64,000 nucleotides of DNA, from NCBI RefSeq assembly GCF_902713615.1, contig NC_052147.1, positions 166,574,410 through 166,638,409 on the forward strand, read 5' to 3'. The notes under the pieces are model-generated. The model was not told the origin of the DNA and ran no database searches. It was given only the letters and a program-made list of their open reading frames with translations. Below, piece after piece: positions 37,580 through 50,264 of this stretch. Source of the stretch: Scyliorhinus canicula (lineage: Eukaryota). Position numbers and translations under genes: made by a program. Every line of letters begins with the position of its first letter. The first letter of the stretch is position 1.

Positions 37580-38848
37580 ATTGTTCTTCACAAATGTTTT
37601 TCTGATCTTCTGGCCAATTTGTCAGCAGAATAAATATACATAATTTAACCGTGTTTACTCTTAATTGATTGCTTGGATTGTTAGGGGAATTGCCTGTAAC
37701 GTGAATATGATGGAATTTTCTCTTTGGCAATTGCACAGGTTTGAGGATGACTTACTTCCCCACTAAAAATGAATTCCTAGGTGACTGACAAGTCCAATGC
37801 ACAACCTACTGTCTCTGGTGAGGCAGATGGCGATTAGAGGAGTGGGTGGATGGGATGACTGGGTCTCTATGCGCTCTGGGCACAATTCCTTCAGAGCATG
37901 AGATGAACCAATTTCATTATATTACAAGTCTAAGTCTCTTCTCTAAAAGGAGTCAGAATCTGTAACGTTGAAGTCAAAAGCACAAATTCCATAAAATCAT
38001 AAAATCTTGCATAATTATTAAATTATAATCTAAATAACAGCCAATGTCTGTATTCTTCTGGGTTTGCATCTAATCATAATGCTAGGAGTGACAGCAGTGA
38101 GAGCCAAATCGAGTTCAGCTATTGGCCGAAGAATCCCCGTTCGCACCGCTTTTGCAATACTCCGTCCCCTCAAAAACAGCGTACAATGGCAGCTGTCCCA
38201 CAGATGGGTGCTTCGTCAGCCTGATCTAGCAGTGCACAGACCCCGCCTTCTGATGTCAGCACGCTGCCCTAGAAACTGACTTTTTTTAATGGATGGAGTC
38301 TTCCTGCAATAATGGTGGGTCATGAAGGTCAGCTGATGTGGGTCGCAAAGGTCGGCAAGCAAGGGTCGCGAAGGTCGGCTTATGGTAAAAAATACCTGGG
38401 AAAAGAATTTGGACAAACACTGCTCTATGCTGTGATTGAAGTAATTGGTTTCAGGAATATTTCTTTTCTTTTCCTCACCACCTACTGACACAGACTGTGT
38501 TGTATACCTCTCTTAACATGTTTCAGACACACCCTGACTTAAAAAAGATAGGTTGCTTCATATCTCCAATAAAGTGACTGGCATCAAACAACCTTGAATC
38601 ACATCAAATTCTTTTCAAAACTGCCAAGCAAAGACATAATTTAATAATTACACAAGATTTTCTGATTTCATGGATTTTTTGAGTCATAGAATGGTACAGC
38701 ACAGACCATTCAGGTCCTCCTGTCTCTTTTAAATACCCGATCAAATAGGTCTTCTTCTCATTGCCCCACATAACACTGCAAATATTTTCTCTTCCTAAAT
38801 AGAAAGACTTTCCTAGTCTTATAGACTAAAATAGAAAGGCTTTACATC

Positions 38849-39072
38849 TGTAATAAATCCACAGAGGCAGAAGCCCCTTCACTAGAATCCCTTTTATTAA
38901 CAAAACCAACATCAGCAGAACCAGGTGCATTCAGCTTGCTGTCCACACTGGGAGTGCAGAGGATCTGACACTCCTGGTTCTATACAGAGAAAGGGGTTCT
39001 GTGATTGGGCCACTAATCAGGGAACTCATATTCTAATTGGCCAATCTTAAAGGCTTGGTCTAAGTCACTACA
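38849..39072 (-). mobile_element. Short solo LTR (224 bp)
   Basis: TGTAAT...ACTACA; imperfect TSD ACATC/AAATC; AATAAA on minus strand. Confidence 0.6.
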
Positions 39073-39119
39073 AAATCCACCTGAGTAATTCTGAAGTGGA
39101 GACACTCTTGTAATGTGGA

Positions 39120-39435
39120 AAAATCAGCAGTAATTTGTGCAACAAACAATGTGAATGGTAATGACAGGAAAACCTCTCGTGACATTATTTCGGTGATAAA
39201 TGTTGGCCAGGGCACTGAGGTCAATTCCTCTGTTTTTCAAAATATTGCTGTGGGATCTTGTACGTCCACCTAAAAGGGCAAAAAGAGCTTGAGTTTAATG
39301 TCTCATCGGAAAGATCCGGCAATATAGCACCCCCTCAGGACTGCAGTGGAGTCTCAGGCTGAAGTTTTGAGTTCAAGTCCTGGAGCAAGACATGAACTTA
39401 CAACCTCAGATTCAGAAGTAAGACTGGGCCATGGT
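39120..39435 (-). mobile_element. Deu-domain SINE (SacSINE1/AmnSINE-like) relic
   Basis: TTGGCCAGG..GGGATCTT.TACGTCCACC..GTTTAATGTCTCATCGGAAAGA..AGCACCCCCTCAG.ACTGCA matches the Deu-SINE pattern from memory. Confidence 0.65.
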
Positions 39436-39449
39436 TTTAAAATCTAATT

Positions 39450-40470
39450 CCCTTGTTGAAGTTATGATGGGATCTGCTTGCATCGTATTGTGTTCCAGAT
39501 AATGACAATATTCTGCATAAAAGATAATTCTCCTCACCTCCCCTCTAATTCTTTTAAATTGGTGTCCTCAGGTTACCCAATCCTCCTGCCATTGAAACCG
39601 CTCTATCTTCATTCACTCTATCAAACGGCTTCATGATTTTGAACACCTTTATTATAATCTCCCCTGAACTTTCTCTGCTCTGAGAAGAATCAACCCCAGC
39701 TTTCTAATGTCTTTGTATAATTGAAATCACACTTCTAAGAAATCTTTCTAGTATACCTCTTCCTCGTCCCTTACCACCCATCCCAAAGTAAATTCAATGG
39801 GTTGATCTTGTTTTGAACATAGACAAACAATGATTCACAGAATCATTACAGCCCCCTCATGATTTTGAACACCTCGATCAAATTTCTTCTTTGCCTTCTT
39901 CTTTCCAAGGTGAACAATTGCAACCTCTCCAATATATCCTCGTAACTGAAGTTTCTCATCTCTGGAACCATTCTTGTAAATCTCTTCCTCCACTCTCTCT
40001 AATGTGTTCACATTTTTCCTATAGTGATGAACCCAGAACTGTACACAATATTCCAGATGGGGTCTAATTAGTGGCATGTGTAAGTTCAGCATAACCTCCT
40101 TGCTCTTGTATGTGATGTTCTCTGTTGGGTCTATCTGGATGCTTCGAGAAGTAGTGTTAACAAGGAACATCAAGATGATTTATTTTACATTACTAAATTA
40201 AAAGATTCTAACCAGTCAACAAGGAATAAATTATTAAATAAAACAATATGATATCTCTTATAACAGAACTCTGTGCTATGCATTTAATCTCTCTAATGCC
40301 TGACAACCTTCTCCCAGAATCCCAGAAGTCACATGATATTTATATCACTGCTCCTTATCGCCATCTAGTGGTGAGAAGTATTATTACCTTATTGTTAACC
40401 CCTTGTATTCATTACAATACTAATTCTATGTCCTATTAATAAAGCCCAGAATACTACATGCTTTATTACC
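39450..40470 (-). mobile_element. Old CR1 3' fragments, with a putative solo LTR at 40111-40416
   Basis: YKSKEVMLNL..LIRPHLEYCVQFW ORF; insert bounded by TGTGATG...CATTACA, TSD not clear. Confidence 0.6.
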
Positions 40471-40479
40471 TGATCCCTC

Positions 40480-41935
40480 GCGGCACAGTGGCACAATGGT
40501 TAGCACTGCTACCTCACAGCTTCAGGGATCCGGGTTCAATTCCTGCCACGGGAGACTGTCTGTGTGGACTTTTCACAAAGAACAAACAAAGAAAAGTACA
40601 ACACAGGAACAGGCCCTTTGGCCCTCCAAGCCTGCGCCGACCATGCTGTCTGTCTAAACTAAAATCTTCTACACTTCCGGGGTCCGTATCCCTCTATTCC
40701 CATTCTATTCATGTATTTGTCAAGATGCCCCTTAAAAGTCACTATCGTCCCTGCTTCCACCACCTCCTCCGGCAGCGAGTTCCAGGCACTCACTAACCTC
40801 TGTGTAAAAAACATGCTCCCCGTGTCTGCATGGGTTTCCTCCGGGTGTTCTGGTTTCCTCCCATAGTTCAAAGATGTGCAGGTTAGGTGGATTGGCCATA
40901 TTAAATTCCCCTTTTCTGTCCAAAAGATTAGGTGGGGTTACTAGGTTACAGGTGTTGCTTGTTCTGGGTGAGTGTGCTTTACACTCAATTTGGCTCTGTT
41001 TTATTCCTTAGCTCTAGAGTCGCTAGGTATCATTAAGATACCGCCACAAGTTTCAAGTTCAAGTTCAGACCAATAACTCAATACACCAGTTAGTAAGTTC
41101 AAACAAGACACGTTTATTATAATCCAGTTATCTAGTACTTATGCATATAAAACTACAAGACTAGGATAATCCTACCACTAACTCTATCTAACAGGCCAAT
41201 ACTTATCTGGAATAAGGGAACTGCCGGATCGGAGAACAATGGCCTCTTGCTTTGTCCTGGATCCGCAGGCTTCCAGTCGGTGTGGACTAAAGGGGTCAGG
41301 CGTGTCTACTCTCGTAGCGTGCGTTGTATGACACTTACTTGATGGCGGCTGCTGACCAGGCCTCTCCTTCTCAAGGTTCTTCGAGAGCTGCTAAGATGTT
41401 CTGCTGGGAGGGCCGGCTAATAGAACGAATCAGTCCTGTGACCTGACTTTTATAGATCCCAGGGACTTCGCATCTTTCTGGGCGGACCCTCTATAAACCT
41501 GCAATCGATTGGGTCTCTTCCCCAATAACTGGGCCGTTCCTCAATCACCGGGCGGATCCTTCCACCTTATTGGTGCCCTTTGTTTTAGACTCCACTGGCG
41601 CCGGAATGTCTGACCTTCCATAGAATGTTGTGTCCATTGTGCCTGGGAATCACCATGAATCGCTCACTTAATATGCGCAGCTCATTAGTTACAATTCTGT
41701 CGGGTTTCTGTGGCAGCTAGAATACAGGGGATTCTGCAGACTGCTTGTTTCTTTGCCAATGTCCATTTTACCCTGTAATCTTTGGGTTCTTCCATTTTGT
41801 CTGAGGAAGTGGCCAACCCAGGTGGCTACACAGGGATATGGGCGGAGGCATAGGCTTAAGTGCGGTTCACTTTCCAAGGGCCAGTGCAGATGTGATGGGT
41901 CGAATGGCCTCCTTCTGCACTGTAAATTGTATGAT
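40480..41935 (+). mobile_element. HE1 SINE split by a CR1 3' fragment (40576-40812, -) and a solo LTR
   Basis: SINE pieces 40480-40575, 40813-40952, 41831-41935 are collinear with intact copies. Confidence 0.8.
40953..41830 (-). mobile_element. Solo LTR (878 bp), 4-bp TSD CAGG
   Basis: TGTTGC...GTGGCTACA; CAGG at 40949-40952 and 41831-41834; internal similarity to 10170-11130. Confidence 0.88.
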
Positions 41936-42038
41936 TTCACCTGCCTGCCACCTTCAAAGATCTCGACATATATACACCCACGTCCCTCTATTCCTGCAGA
42001 AAAATAATATTAAAGAATTTTACCCTTTATTTTATCTT

Positions 42039-42240
42039 GGCCGGAAATTTCCAGCCGTTCACTGGCAGTGGGATTCTCAGGCCCCACCAGCAGTGCACCC
42101 CGCCCGTGGGTTTCCCACAAGTGTGGGACGGTTTCAATGGAAATTCCCATTGACAGCGGTGGGAACAGAGAATCCCGCCGCCAGCGAACTGCTCACCGCC
42201 GCTGGGAAACAAGCAGCTGGGAGGCCGTAGAATCCCGCCC
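42039..42240. mobile_element. Harbinger-type MITE
   Basis: GGCCGGAAATTT...AGAATCCCGCCC termini. Confidence 0.55.
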
Positions 42241-42794
42241 ATTGTCTCCCATGTTCTTCCTAGCAAAATGCATCACCTCATAATTCTCCACATTGAACTT
42301 CATCTGCCATGTGTCTGCCCACTCTGCCAACTTTCTATTTCCTTTTCAAATTCCACACTGTCTCCTCACAGTTTACAGTACTTCCAAATTTTGTGTCACC
42401 TGCAAACTTTCAAATTGTCCCCTGCACACCAAGCTCTACATCATTAATATGTATCAGGAGAAGCAAGGGTCCCAATACCAATCCCTAGGGAACACCATTA
42501 CAAACCTTTCTCCAGCCTGAAAAGTATTCATTGTTTCCTATTACTCAGCCAATTTTGTATCCACATTACTACTGTCCCTTCTATTCCATGAGCCATAACA
42601 TTTCTCACAAGTCCGTTGTGTGGCACTGTATCAAATGCCTTTTGGAAGTCAATGCACAACACATCTAGATTCTACAGATCCAAACTGTTATATGGTCCTG
42701 GATCACTGGTTGTGCCAGAATGAAAGAACAGCAATGAAAGTTAGAATGCCATTTCCAAGTTACACCTAACAACAGAGGTTATATTTCAAGATAC

Positions 42795-43178
42795 TGTCAT
42801 AATATACACCAGTATATCATGGTGCAGACACACACTGATGGACACACACAGGGACCAATCAACATGTACAAACACCGCAGCCAATCACCAGTTAGAATAC
42901 ACACACTATAAAGGCAGAGGGCACCACGGTTCCCGCTCATTCTGGGTGCTGCCTCTGAGTGTAACAAGAACTCATCCAGCCCAGCACAGACTCACACCAC
43001 GTGCTGAGAGAATCAACTGGTTCGGACAAGGCTAAGGTCTCCAGTTTAAGTTAGCATCATTTAGACCCGCAGTCATCGCGTGTTAGTTAGTTAGAAGTAG
43101 TTAATAAAATTGAGTTGAACCTTCATCAGTGTTGGAAGTGTCTGTTCATCTCTCAAGTCTACACTAGCTAACACTTCA
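42795..43178 (+). mobile_element. Solo LTR (384 bp), 5-bp TSD GATAC
   Basis: TG...CA; CCAAT, TATAAA, AATAAA; GATAC at 42790-42794 and 43179-43183. Confidence 0.85.
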
Positions 43179-43299
43179 GATACCAATTACAATTTCACTT
43201 TAGTGGCCTGCCCCATGGGTGTGTGAGAAGCAATAAGACAGGAACTATGGGATCACACCAGCCCACACCAGGAAAAACATCAGGATTGAATTTTTCTCA

Positions 43300-45102
43300 G
43301 AATCAGTTAACAGAATCCTCCATTTTTTTTGTCTAAGTGCGATGGCAGGCAGTTCCGATGGCATCATTCCCGCTGGCTGGAATAGCATGAACTCGCTCTT
43401 GATTCCATGCTTGGAGCCTAATCAATTATGCATGAGTGGGTATCTCTCCGAATCACCTGGTGGGTCGGGATCTGATTCATCCGCCTGCTGTCAATGCGCA
43501 GGTTTAAAAGTCCCAGGGCCATACTTAGACACCAGTGCAACAAATACATCTCACTGTCTCCAGCCCACCTGTCCTCAGGAGACCATCCACGATGTCTAGA
43601 ACCCAGAAGCAAAAGGCGACCTCCTCCAAGAAGATGGCAACACCCTGCTTCAGTCATCAGGTCTTCAAAACTGTGGTGAGCGCTGGTGCTTCGCATCGTT
43701 TGACAACATCTGACTCCTCCCACAGTAGCACTTACCACTGGCCATCTGGGTGATTCCTGCATGCGAGCTGGCCATTCTATTACACGGTCCCATCGAACCC
43801 CTAGGGGGCAGAGGTGAAGCTGATTGTGGGGGGAGGTGGGGGGCATATGCAATGCAGAGGGATGGACGAGGACAGCGGAGCGTTGAGCACTGGCTGAGCT
43901 GGGATTCCTTGCCAAGTCCACCCCAACATCCTCCCATCTTCCCGCCCCCCCCCCCCCCTAGTGCCCACTCTGCAACCGGCTCAGACCAGGCCATCCCTCA
44001 CACCCTTCTGTCAAAGCACTGAGGCTGGTTGAAATGTTGTGAACAAGTGTCTATTGTGAAACAGTGAATATTTATCTACAGGTTTATGCCCTAACCCCTA
44101 ACACTATACTGTGTGCTGCATCTGTGTGCCAAAGTAACAGGTGTCTACCTTTCTGGCCTTACAGGCCCTAACACTATGTTTAGGTGGGCCCCAGATGGTA
44201 CATCAGGAGTGGAGGCGGCCTGCTGTGGTTCTCGTCCTGTGACCTGAATCCCCTTTGGCAGCCGGCTTCTGGAGCGACTGAGCCTGGGTGTACCCGGCTG
44301 CTGCTCGAGTGTCCCAGCTGGCGTGGTGCCACCCTGTAATGCCCATTACCTATTGGATGCGCCAGATACAGGAGGGGGAGAGTCCGAGGTTATGTTGTCT
44401 TCCGGCACGACTCGTGCGGGAGTCACAAGCACAGGCCCCATCACCTCCTCCTCCCTCGGGGTGCCCAATGGCCCCCGGGCTACCTGGGCAGCATGGCGAT
44501 GCAGTGCATAGCATTGCTGCCTCACGTTGCCGAGATCCCAGGTTCAATCCCGGCTCCGGGTCACTGTCCGTGTGGAGCATGCACATTCACCCCGTGATTG
44601 TGTGGGTTTTGCCCCCACAACCCAAAGATGCAGCACACATGGAATGGCCATGCTAAATTGCCCCTTAATTGGAAAAAATGAATTGGGTACTCTGAATTTA
44701 TATTTTAAAAAAGCAGCGCTAACCCCTGAGGCTCCTCTGCCACCTGGCACTGCCAGTCCTGGACGCCCGCACTTGCCCCGGACCACGCCCCCACAGTGCA
44801 CCCCCGCGGATTGGCCTTTCCCTGACTGTAGAGGCACTGGACTGAGTCCACAGCCACCACGCCGAGTTCCCGACGGGTGAGACCATGAGAAACCCGGCCG
44901 GTCGGGGGCGGAGCTTCGGGGGGCGAGCCTCAGGCAATGTCTTGAGGTCGTCGATATGTGGCGTGGTGTACTCCTCAAGTACGCCGGTTTGGAGGGGGCG
45001 GAGCATCGCAAAAGCGGCGCTACCCCAGATTTGGTTGGAAACTTGGATTCTCCGGCCTGTAGCAGGACGCGATTTTGGCGTTGGCGACGGAGAATCCAGC
45101 CC
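43300..45102. mobile_element. GC-rich Harbinger-like relic with an internal poly(A) SINE (44485-44712, +)
   Basis: Terminal GGAGAATCCAGCCC ~45089-45102; similarity to 33140-33700. Confidence 0.5.
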
Positions 45103-45776
45103 TGGTTGTCTCATTGTGGGATTAATTTCTGGTGTATTGTTGAGGAATCTATGGAATCTGTTTTCGTTACATCTGTCATTTACTCCGTGGGTGGTGTGGC
45201 CAACCACAACTCCTCTGTTAAATAACATAGACCTGATACTTACACTGAATGTTACAGTATAAGATTCATATTGTAACTTATTTTAACTTTCTGAACATGT
45301 ATAGTAAAGTTTGTTTTTGTTTGTTCAAAACCTGTGGAATCGTGTGGCTTTATTCCAAAAGCAGGTGTCTTGCGTCTGAACCTTTGCATATTTCAAAGAA
45401 AATGTCATTGGTCCCCAACCAGATTCCCCCACCACCACCCTCCCCAGCCAGGCCTTTCTCGCCGGCAAGATTCAAACCACCTCTGTAACCGGCAGGACTG
45501 GCGGCGCGGGCGGGCTCTGGGGTCCTGGGGGGGGGGGGGGGGGGTGCGGGACAATCTGACCCCGGGGGGTGGCCCCACGGTGGCCTGGCCCACGATTGGG
45601 GCCAACCGATCGGCGGGCGGGCCAGCACCGTGGGGGCACTCTTTTTTTTCCGACCCCGCCTTGGCCTTCACCATGGCGGGGACGGAAGAGACCCCCTCCC
45701 CTGCGCATGCGAGAGCTGAGTGGACTGCTGGGGGGTGGATAGTGGTTGTTCTGTGGGGCAGCATGTGGCAGGTTGG

Positions 45777-46195
45777 TGTAGTGATATTCAGATATCAATA
45801 TACATGATCAATGTATGTAAATGTAGTACAGTCATTTCAACACTAGATGGCTCACAGTCAGATACTATAAGAACTGGTTACCTGCCTTTTCTAAGTCAGA
45901 TTATGATATGATGATGTTATTCAGAACAGTGAACAAGCAAGACATAGAATAGAATGAGAGAAGTTAGAACTAGTTTGTTATAATAATGTATAGTTATGTA
46001 GTTATCTGTATTGTACTTTAATTCTTTATTGTGAGTTTAGTATAGAGTAAAAGGACTCACAGTTTACTGTTTTATTACTCATTAAATAGTTCACCTTTCA
46101 ACAAGAAGACTATTGGTCATTTTATCATCCTGATGGATTCAAGAGTAATATATATATTTGAGTGATGTAATTTCAAATATATTTAAAATATAACA
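45777..46195 (+). mobile_element. Solo LTR (419 bp), 5-bp TSD GTTGG
   Basis: TGTAGT...TAACA; GTTGG at 45772-45776 and 46196-46200; shares TGTAGT start and CTAGATGG with the Gypsy LTR at 2968-3075. Confidence 0.85.
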
Positions 46196-46429
46196 GTTGG
46201 GTACGTGCACGACCAGCATCTTGTTGTACAGCACAACCGCTGCAGGTCATCACTGTGCGCATGCGGGGCCATGAACCCGGCCATTCTCTGGCCATTTTTG
46301 GCGTGGGAACCAAGGGTTTTACCCAGCTCCACTGCTAGCCCCTCACCAATCCCAGAGTCGGTAAGGGTTTGGCACCGATTTTGGCATCGTAAAACTCCAC
46401 AGTTCCCATACTGGCATCAGCAATTATAA

Positions 46430-46625
46430 ATATATATAATCTTTTTATTGTCACAAGTAGGCTTATGTTAACACTGCAATGAAGTTACTGTGAAAATCCC
46501 ATAGTCGCCTGTTCGGGTGAGGGAGAATTCAGAAATCTCAGCTGGTATGGGAATTGAACCTGTGCTGCAGGCCTTGTTCTGCATCACAAACCAGCTTCCT
46601 AGCCCACTGAGCTAAATTAGCCGCA
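46430..46625 (-). mobile_element. tRNA-derived SINE (family of 50703-50880)
   Basis: TTTAGCTCAGTGGGCTAG head, GGTTCAATTCC, shared tail. Confidence 0.7.
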
Positions 46626-46819
46626 AATTTGGAGAATCTAGCCCCATTCCTGTTTATTTACAGCGACTACATACATGTTGGGACCTCTGAACGAGGTTGG
46701 AATTTTTGCTCCCTCACGATCTCTGTTACTCAATCATGTGATGTTACATCGTCATTACTTCAGCATTATGCACTTCTGATATGCTTCTCTTTACCCCACA
46801 TTAATCTGCATGATTTTAT

Positions 46820-47910
46820 CGAATCATAGAATGATTATAGCACAGGAATTGGCCATTTGGCCTGTCATGTCCGTGCCTACTCTCTCCATGAGCAACTCAC
46901 CGAGTCACACTCCGCTGCCCTTTCCTGTCACCCAGCAAATTAGTTTTCACTTCAAATAGTTATCTAATTCCCTTTGAAAGCTTTGATTGAAACTGCTTCC
47001 ACCACACTCTCAGATAGAATATTCCAGGCCTTAACCACTTGCTGTGTGAAAACCTTTTTTCCCCTGTTGCTGTTATTTTTCACCAATCACCTTTAATCAG
47101 TGTCCACTGCTTCTGCTGCCAATGAAAAAAAAGGTTGACTAGACTTCTTATGATCATGAACACTGCCTTCAAATCTCTGCTTAATCGTCCCTTCACCAAG
47201 GAGAACATTCCCCATCTGTACACGTGGCTGAAGTTTTTCATCCCTGGAAACATGCTGGCGAATCTTTTTTGAAACCTCTGATGCCTTCACATTTTGTCCA
47301 AAGAATGGTGACCAGAATTCGACACAATACTTCGACTGAGGACAAAGCAGGCTCATCATAATTTCCGTGTTTTTATACTCAGTGCTCCTAATTATAAAGC
47401 CAAGGAACTCGTATGCTTTAGAAACTGCTTTCTTAACCTGCCCTGCCATCTTCAATGATTTGTACACATGCACCCCAGATCCCTCTTCCCCTGCCCACTC
47501 CTATGCTTGATTGTTTATTGCATCTCCCTGTTCTTCCAACCATAATGAATCACTTCATACTTTTCGGCATTAAATTACATCTGCCATATACTCACCCATT
47601 CAATTGGCCTGACTAAGGTCATTTAAAGTTATACACGATCCTTCTCATGGCTCACAATTCGCAAATTTTGTGTTATCTGTAAATTTTTAAATTGTGCCCT
47701 GCACAGTGAAGCTAAGGTCATTAATATTGATCAGGATAAGCAGTTGCCCTAACTCTGTGCCCTGGGGAACCCCATCATATCTTATTCCTGTGTGACAAAG
47801 ATCGCCACTATTCTGTCTCTTACTGCTCAGTCAACATTGTGCTCCTTTGACCACTGTCCCTTTCATTCCATGGCCCTCATTTGCTGACAAGTTTGTTATG
47901 TGCTACTTTA
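46820..47910 (-). mobile_element. Old CR1 fragment upstream of G3
   Basis: ORF 47093-47473 VYKSLKMAGQVKKAVSKAYEFLGFI..YCVEFWSP. Confidence 0.7.
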
Positions 47911-48194
47911 TCAATGAAAACTCCAAACAATAAAAAAATAACATTGCAGATGGAGTCTGAAAGTACAGAAGTAATAGATATGACAATGAGCAAAGCAATT
48001 AGTGTGGGTTTTTCTTCTTCACGTTGGTTAATTTAGGAACTGAGCTGGCTGGGTATACTTTGGGAATAGGTTCTAGGAAATAGATTTTGTAACCATTGCT
48101 GTTTTGAAACAGTTTGAATGTAGAAAGCACGATGGACTCTCCCTCTTTGTTTTGACACGACAAATAAAATGAAACTAAAGCAAAGTGAAGAGAA

Positions 48195-48320
48195 TCAGTG
48201 ACATGTCAAGCAACATGTCAAGTGATGTGTTTTGTTCTCTTTTTGCTGATGTTCAGCATCAAATCATATGAATAACAAAGGAACAGAGTAGAGAGCATTT
48301 TGTACAGCATATATATATCA
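48195..48320 (+). promoter_or_regulatory. G3 proximal promoter: ACATGTCAAG tandem, palindromic MARE-like TGCTGA-TGT-TCAGCA, Sox site AACAAAG, TATA
   Basis: 48201-48222; 48244-48258; 48274-48280; TATATATA ~48310-48317. Confidence 0.7.
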
Positions 48321-48376
48321 CACTGTACAATGTGTTGCTCTGTTAAAGCAGTTACTCATCTAACTGTGAGCTCAAA

Positions 48377-50264
48377 ATGGCAAAGGCAAGAATCAAATTG
48401 TTTTTTTCTCAGGATTTAAGAGTTCTTGATTACTGTCGCTAGATTTTCAGTTTATTAATTTATCTTGTCTTTTTCCACAGATTATCTTTTACGAGGACAG
48501 GAACTTCCAGGGTCGGCACTATGAGTGCAGCAGTGACTGTGCTGACCTGTCCTCTTACTTCAGCCGCTGTAACTCCATGCGTGTCATGAGTGACTGGTGG
48601 GTGATGTATGAGAAACCCAATTACATGGGATACCAGTATGTTCTGAGCAGGGGAGAATATCCTGACTACCAGCGCTGGATGGGATTCAATGACAGCATCG
48701 GCTCATGTCGCACCTACCCATATGTAAGTTTGTTGTTTACACATTCTGCTCTGATTGACATCAAATTGACTCACTGAGTGGATGAATTCTAGAGTCATTT
48801 AAATTCAATACACATTTCGATTTGAAAAAGCTTATTGAATTGGAGGTTTAGAATGTTGATTTAGACTGTGAATCTGTTGGATTTAATTTTTCATGCAAGT
48901 TGTTATTGTTACATAGTGGGCTGTTTACTTATTCTAACTTGTTGTGATATTTCAAGGCCAGTTTTCTGATGAAATACCTCAGTTTCAGTGTGAGCATAGC
49001 ATCGAGACACTTAGTCCCACTTTATATTGCAACAAAAATACATAAAAGTGTGTTCAGACAGACATCATGTGCTCAATAATAATTCACAGCATTAGACTTC
49101 TAGTCAAATTATTCTATTGTTTATGTTGCCCTCACACATTCTTCCCATTTCCCATAAACATATAATGGTGAGGAAGTTAATATGTTCCAGACAATCACAG
49201 ACATTGCTGAGTAAATGGTTCCCAGTCCACCAGCCCATTATCTGTGACAATGTCCTTACCTCAAGCACATTTATACAATGCATTACTGCTCAGCAGAACG
49301 ATGGGGTGGGCGTTTTCGGCTATGCCCTCCCAGCGACTGGAAATTCCCGTCCAAGGTCAACAGACCTTTACATCGTCCTAGTCCCGTCCATGGCGATCTT
49401 GCAGCGGGTATGGCCAAAAACCTTGGGGCTATAACTTCCTGGCTCCACAGCATAGAATGTGAGGAGTTTGCCAAAGATATGCTGGGGAATTCTTCTCAGA
49501 TGTCCACAGCTTTGTGTGGCAATTGTGCAGAAGTCCGAACATTCCCCAGACAATTGAGTTGGAAATCGCCTAACAAAATTTTAAAGTTACTAACTTTGGA
49601 TGGATCTGCCAGTTTTACATCAATAACTACCTGACTGGACCCAACCTGCTCCCTCCTCCCTGCCCACCCCACCCAGGAGCTTACCCAACCTAACTTGATC
49701 CAACCACCCCTCCACCACCCCACCACCGCCCCAACCCTTCCCCCGCGGTGGAGGAGAACCGCCCCCACCTCCTGGGGTTCACCAGAAACCCCAACATCCC
49801 TGGAGTGGATTTGATCCACCTTGTCCTCCCTCCCACCGCCCCACCTTTTCCGAAACTTTGCTTAATCCTCATTGGTAATGAGATGATACTTCAGGTATTC
49901 CCTTCACACCTACCAGCTCCATTTCTATGCCTATATCAAATATATAATTCATGCTATCGTCACAAATATGCTTTTCCTTCTATCACAGTACCGAGGTGGA
50001 AACTACAAAATGAGGATTTACGAGAGGCCTGACTTTGGAGGACAGATGATGGAATTCATGGATGACTGTCCATCTGTCTATGATCGTTTCCGTTACCGTG
50101 ACATCCACTCCAGCCATGTGATGGACGGTTACTGGACCTTCTATGAACATCCCAACTACAGAGGCCGACAGTACTTCATGAGACCCGGTGAATACAGGAG
50201 ATACAGTGACTGGGGCGGCTTCAACTCAACTATCGGATCTTTCAGACGCATGAGGGATTTCTAG
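48377..50264 (+). CDS. Gamma-crystallin G3 (shark gamma-S1-like), 175 aa; exons 48377-48385 (MAK), 48481-48723, 49989-50264
   Basis: Open frame across three exons; intron 1 GC-AG (95 nt), intron 2 GTAAGT...TCACAG (1265 nt); AATAAA 50314-50319. Confidence 0.95.
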
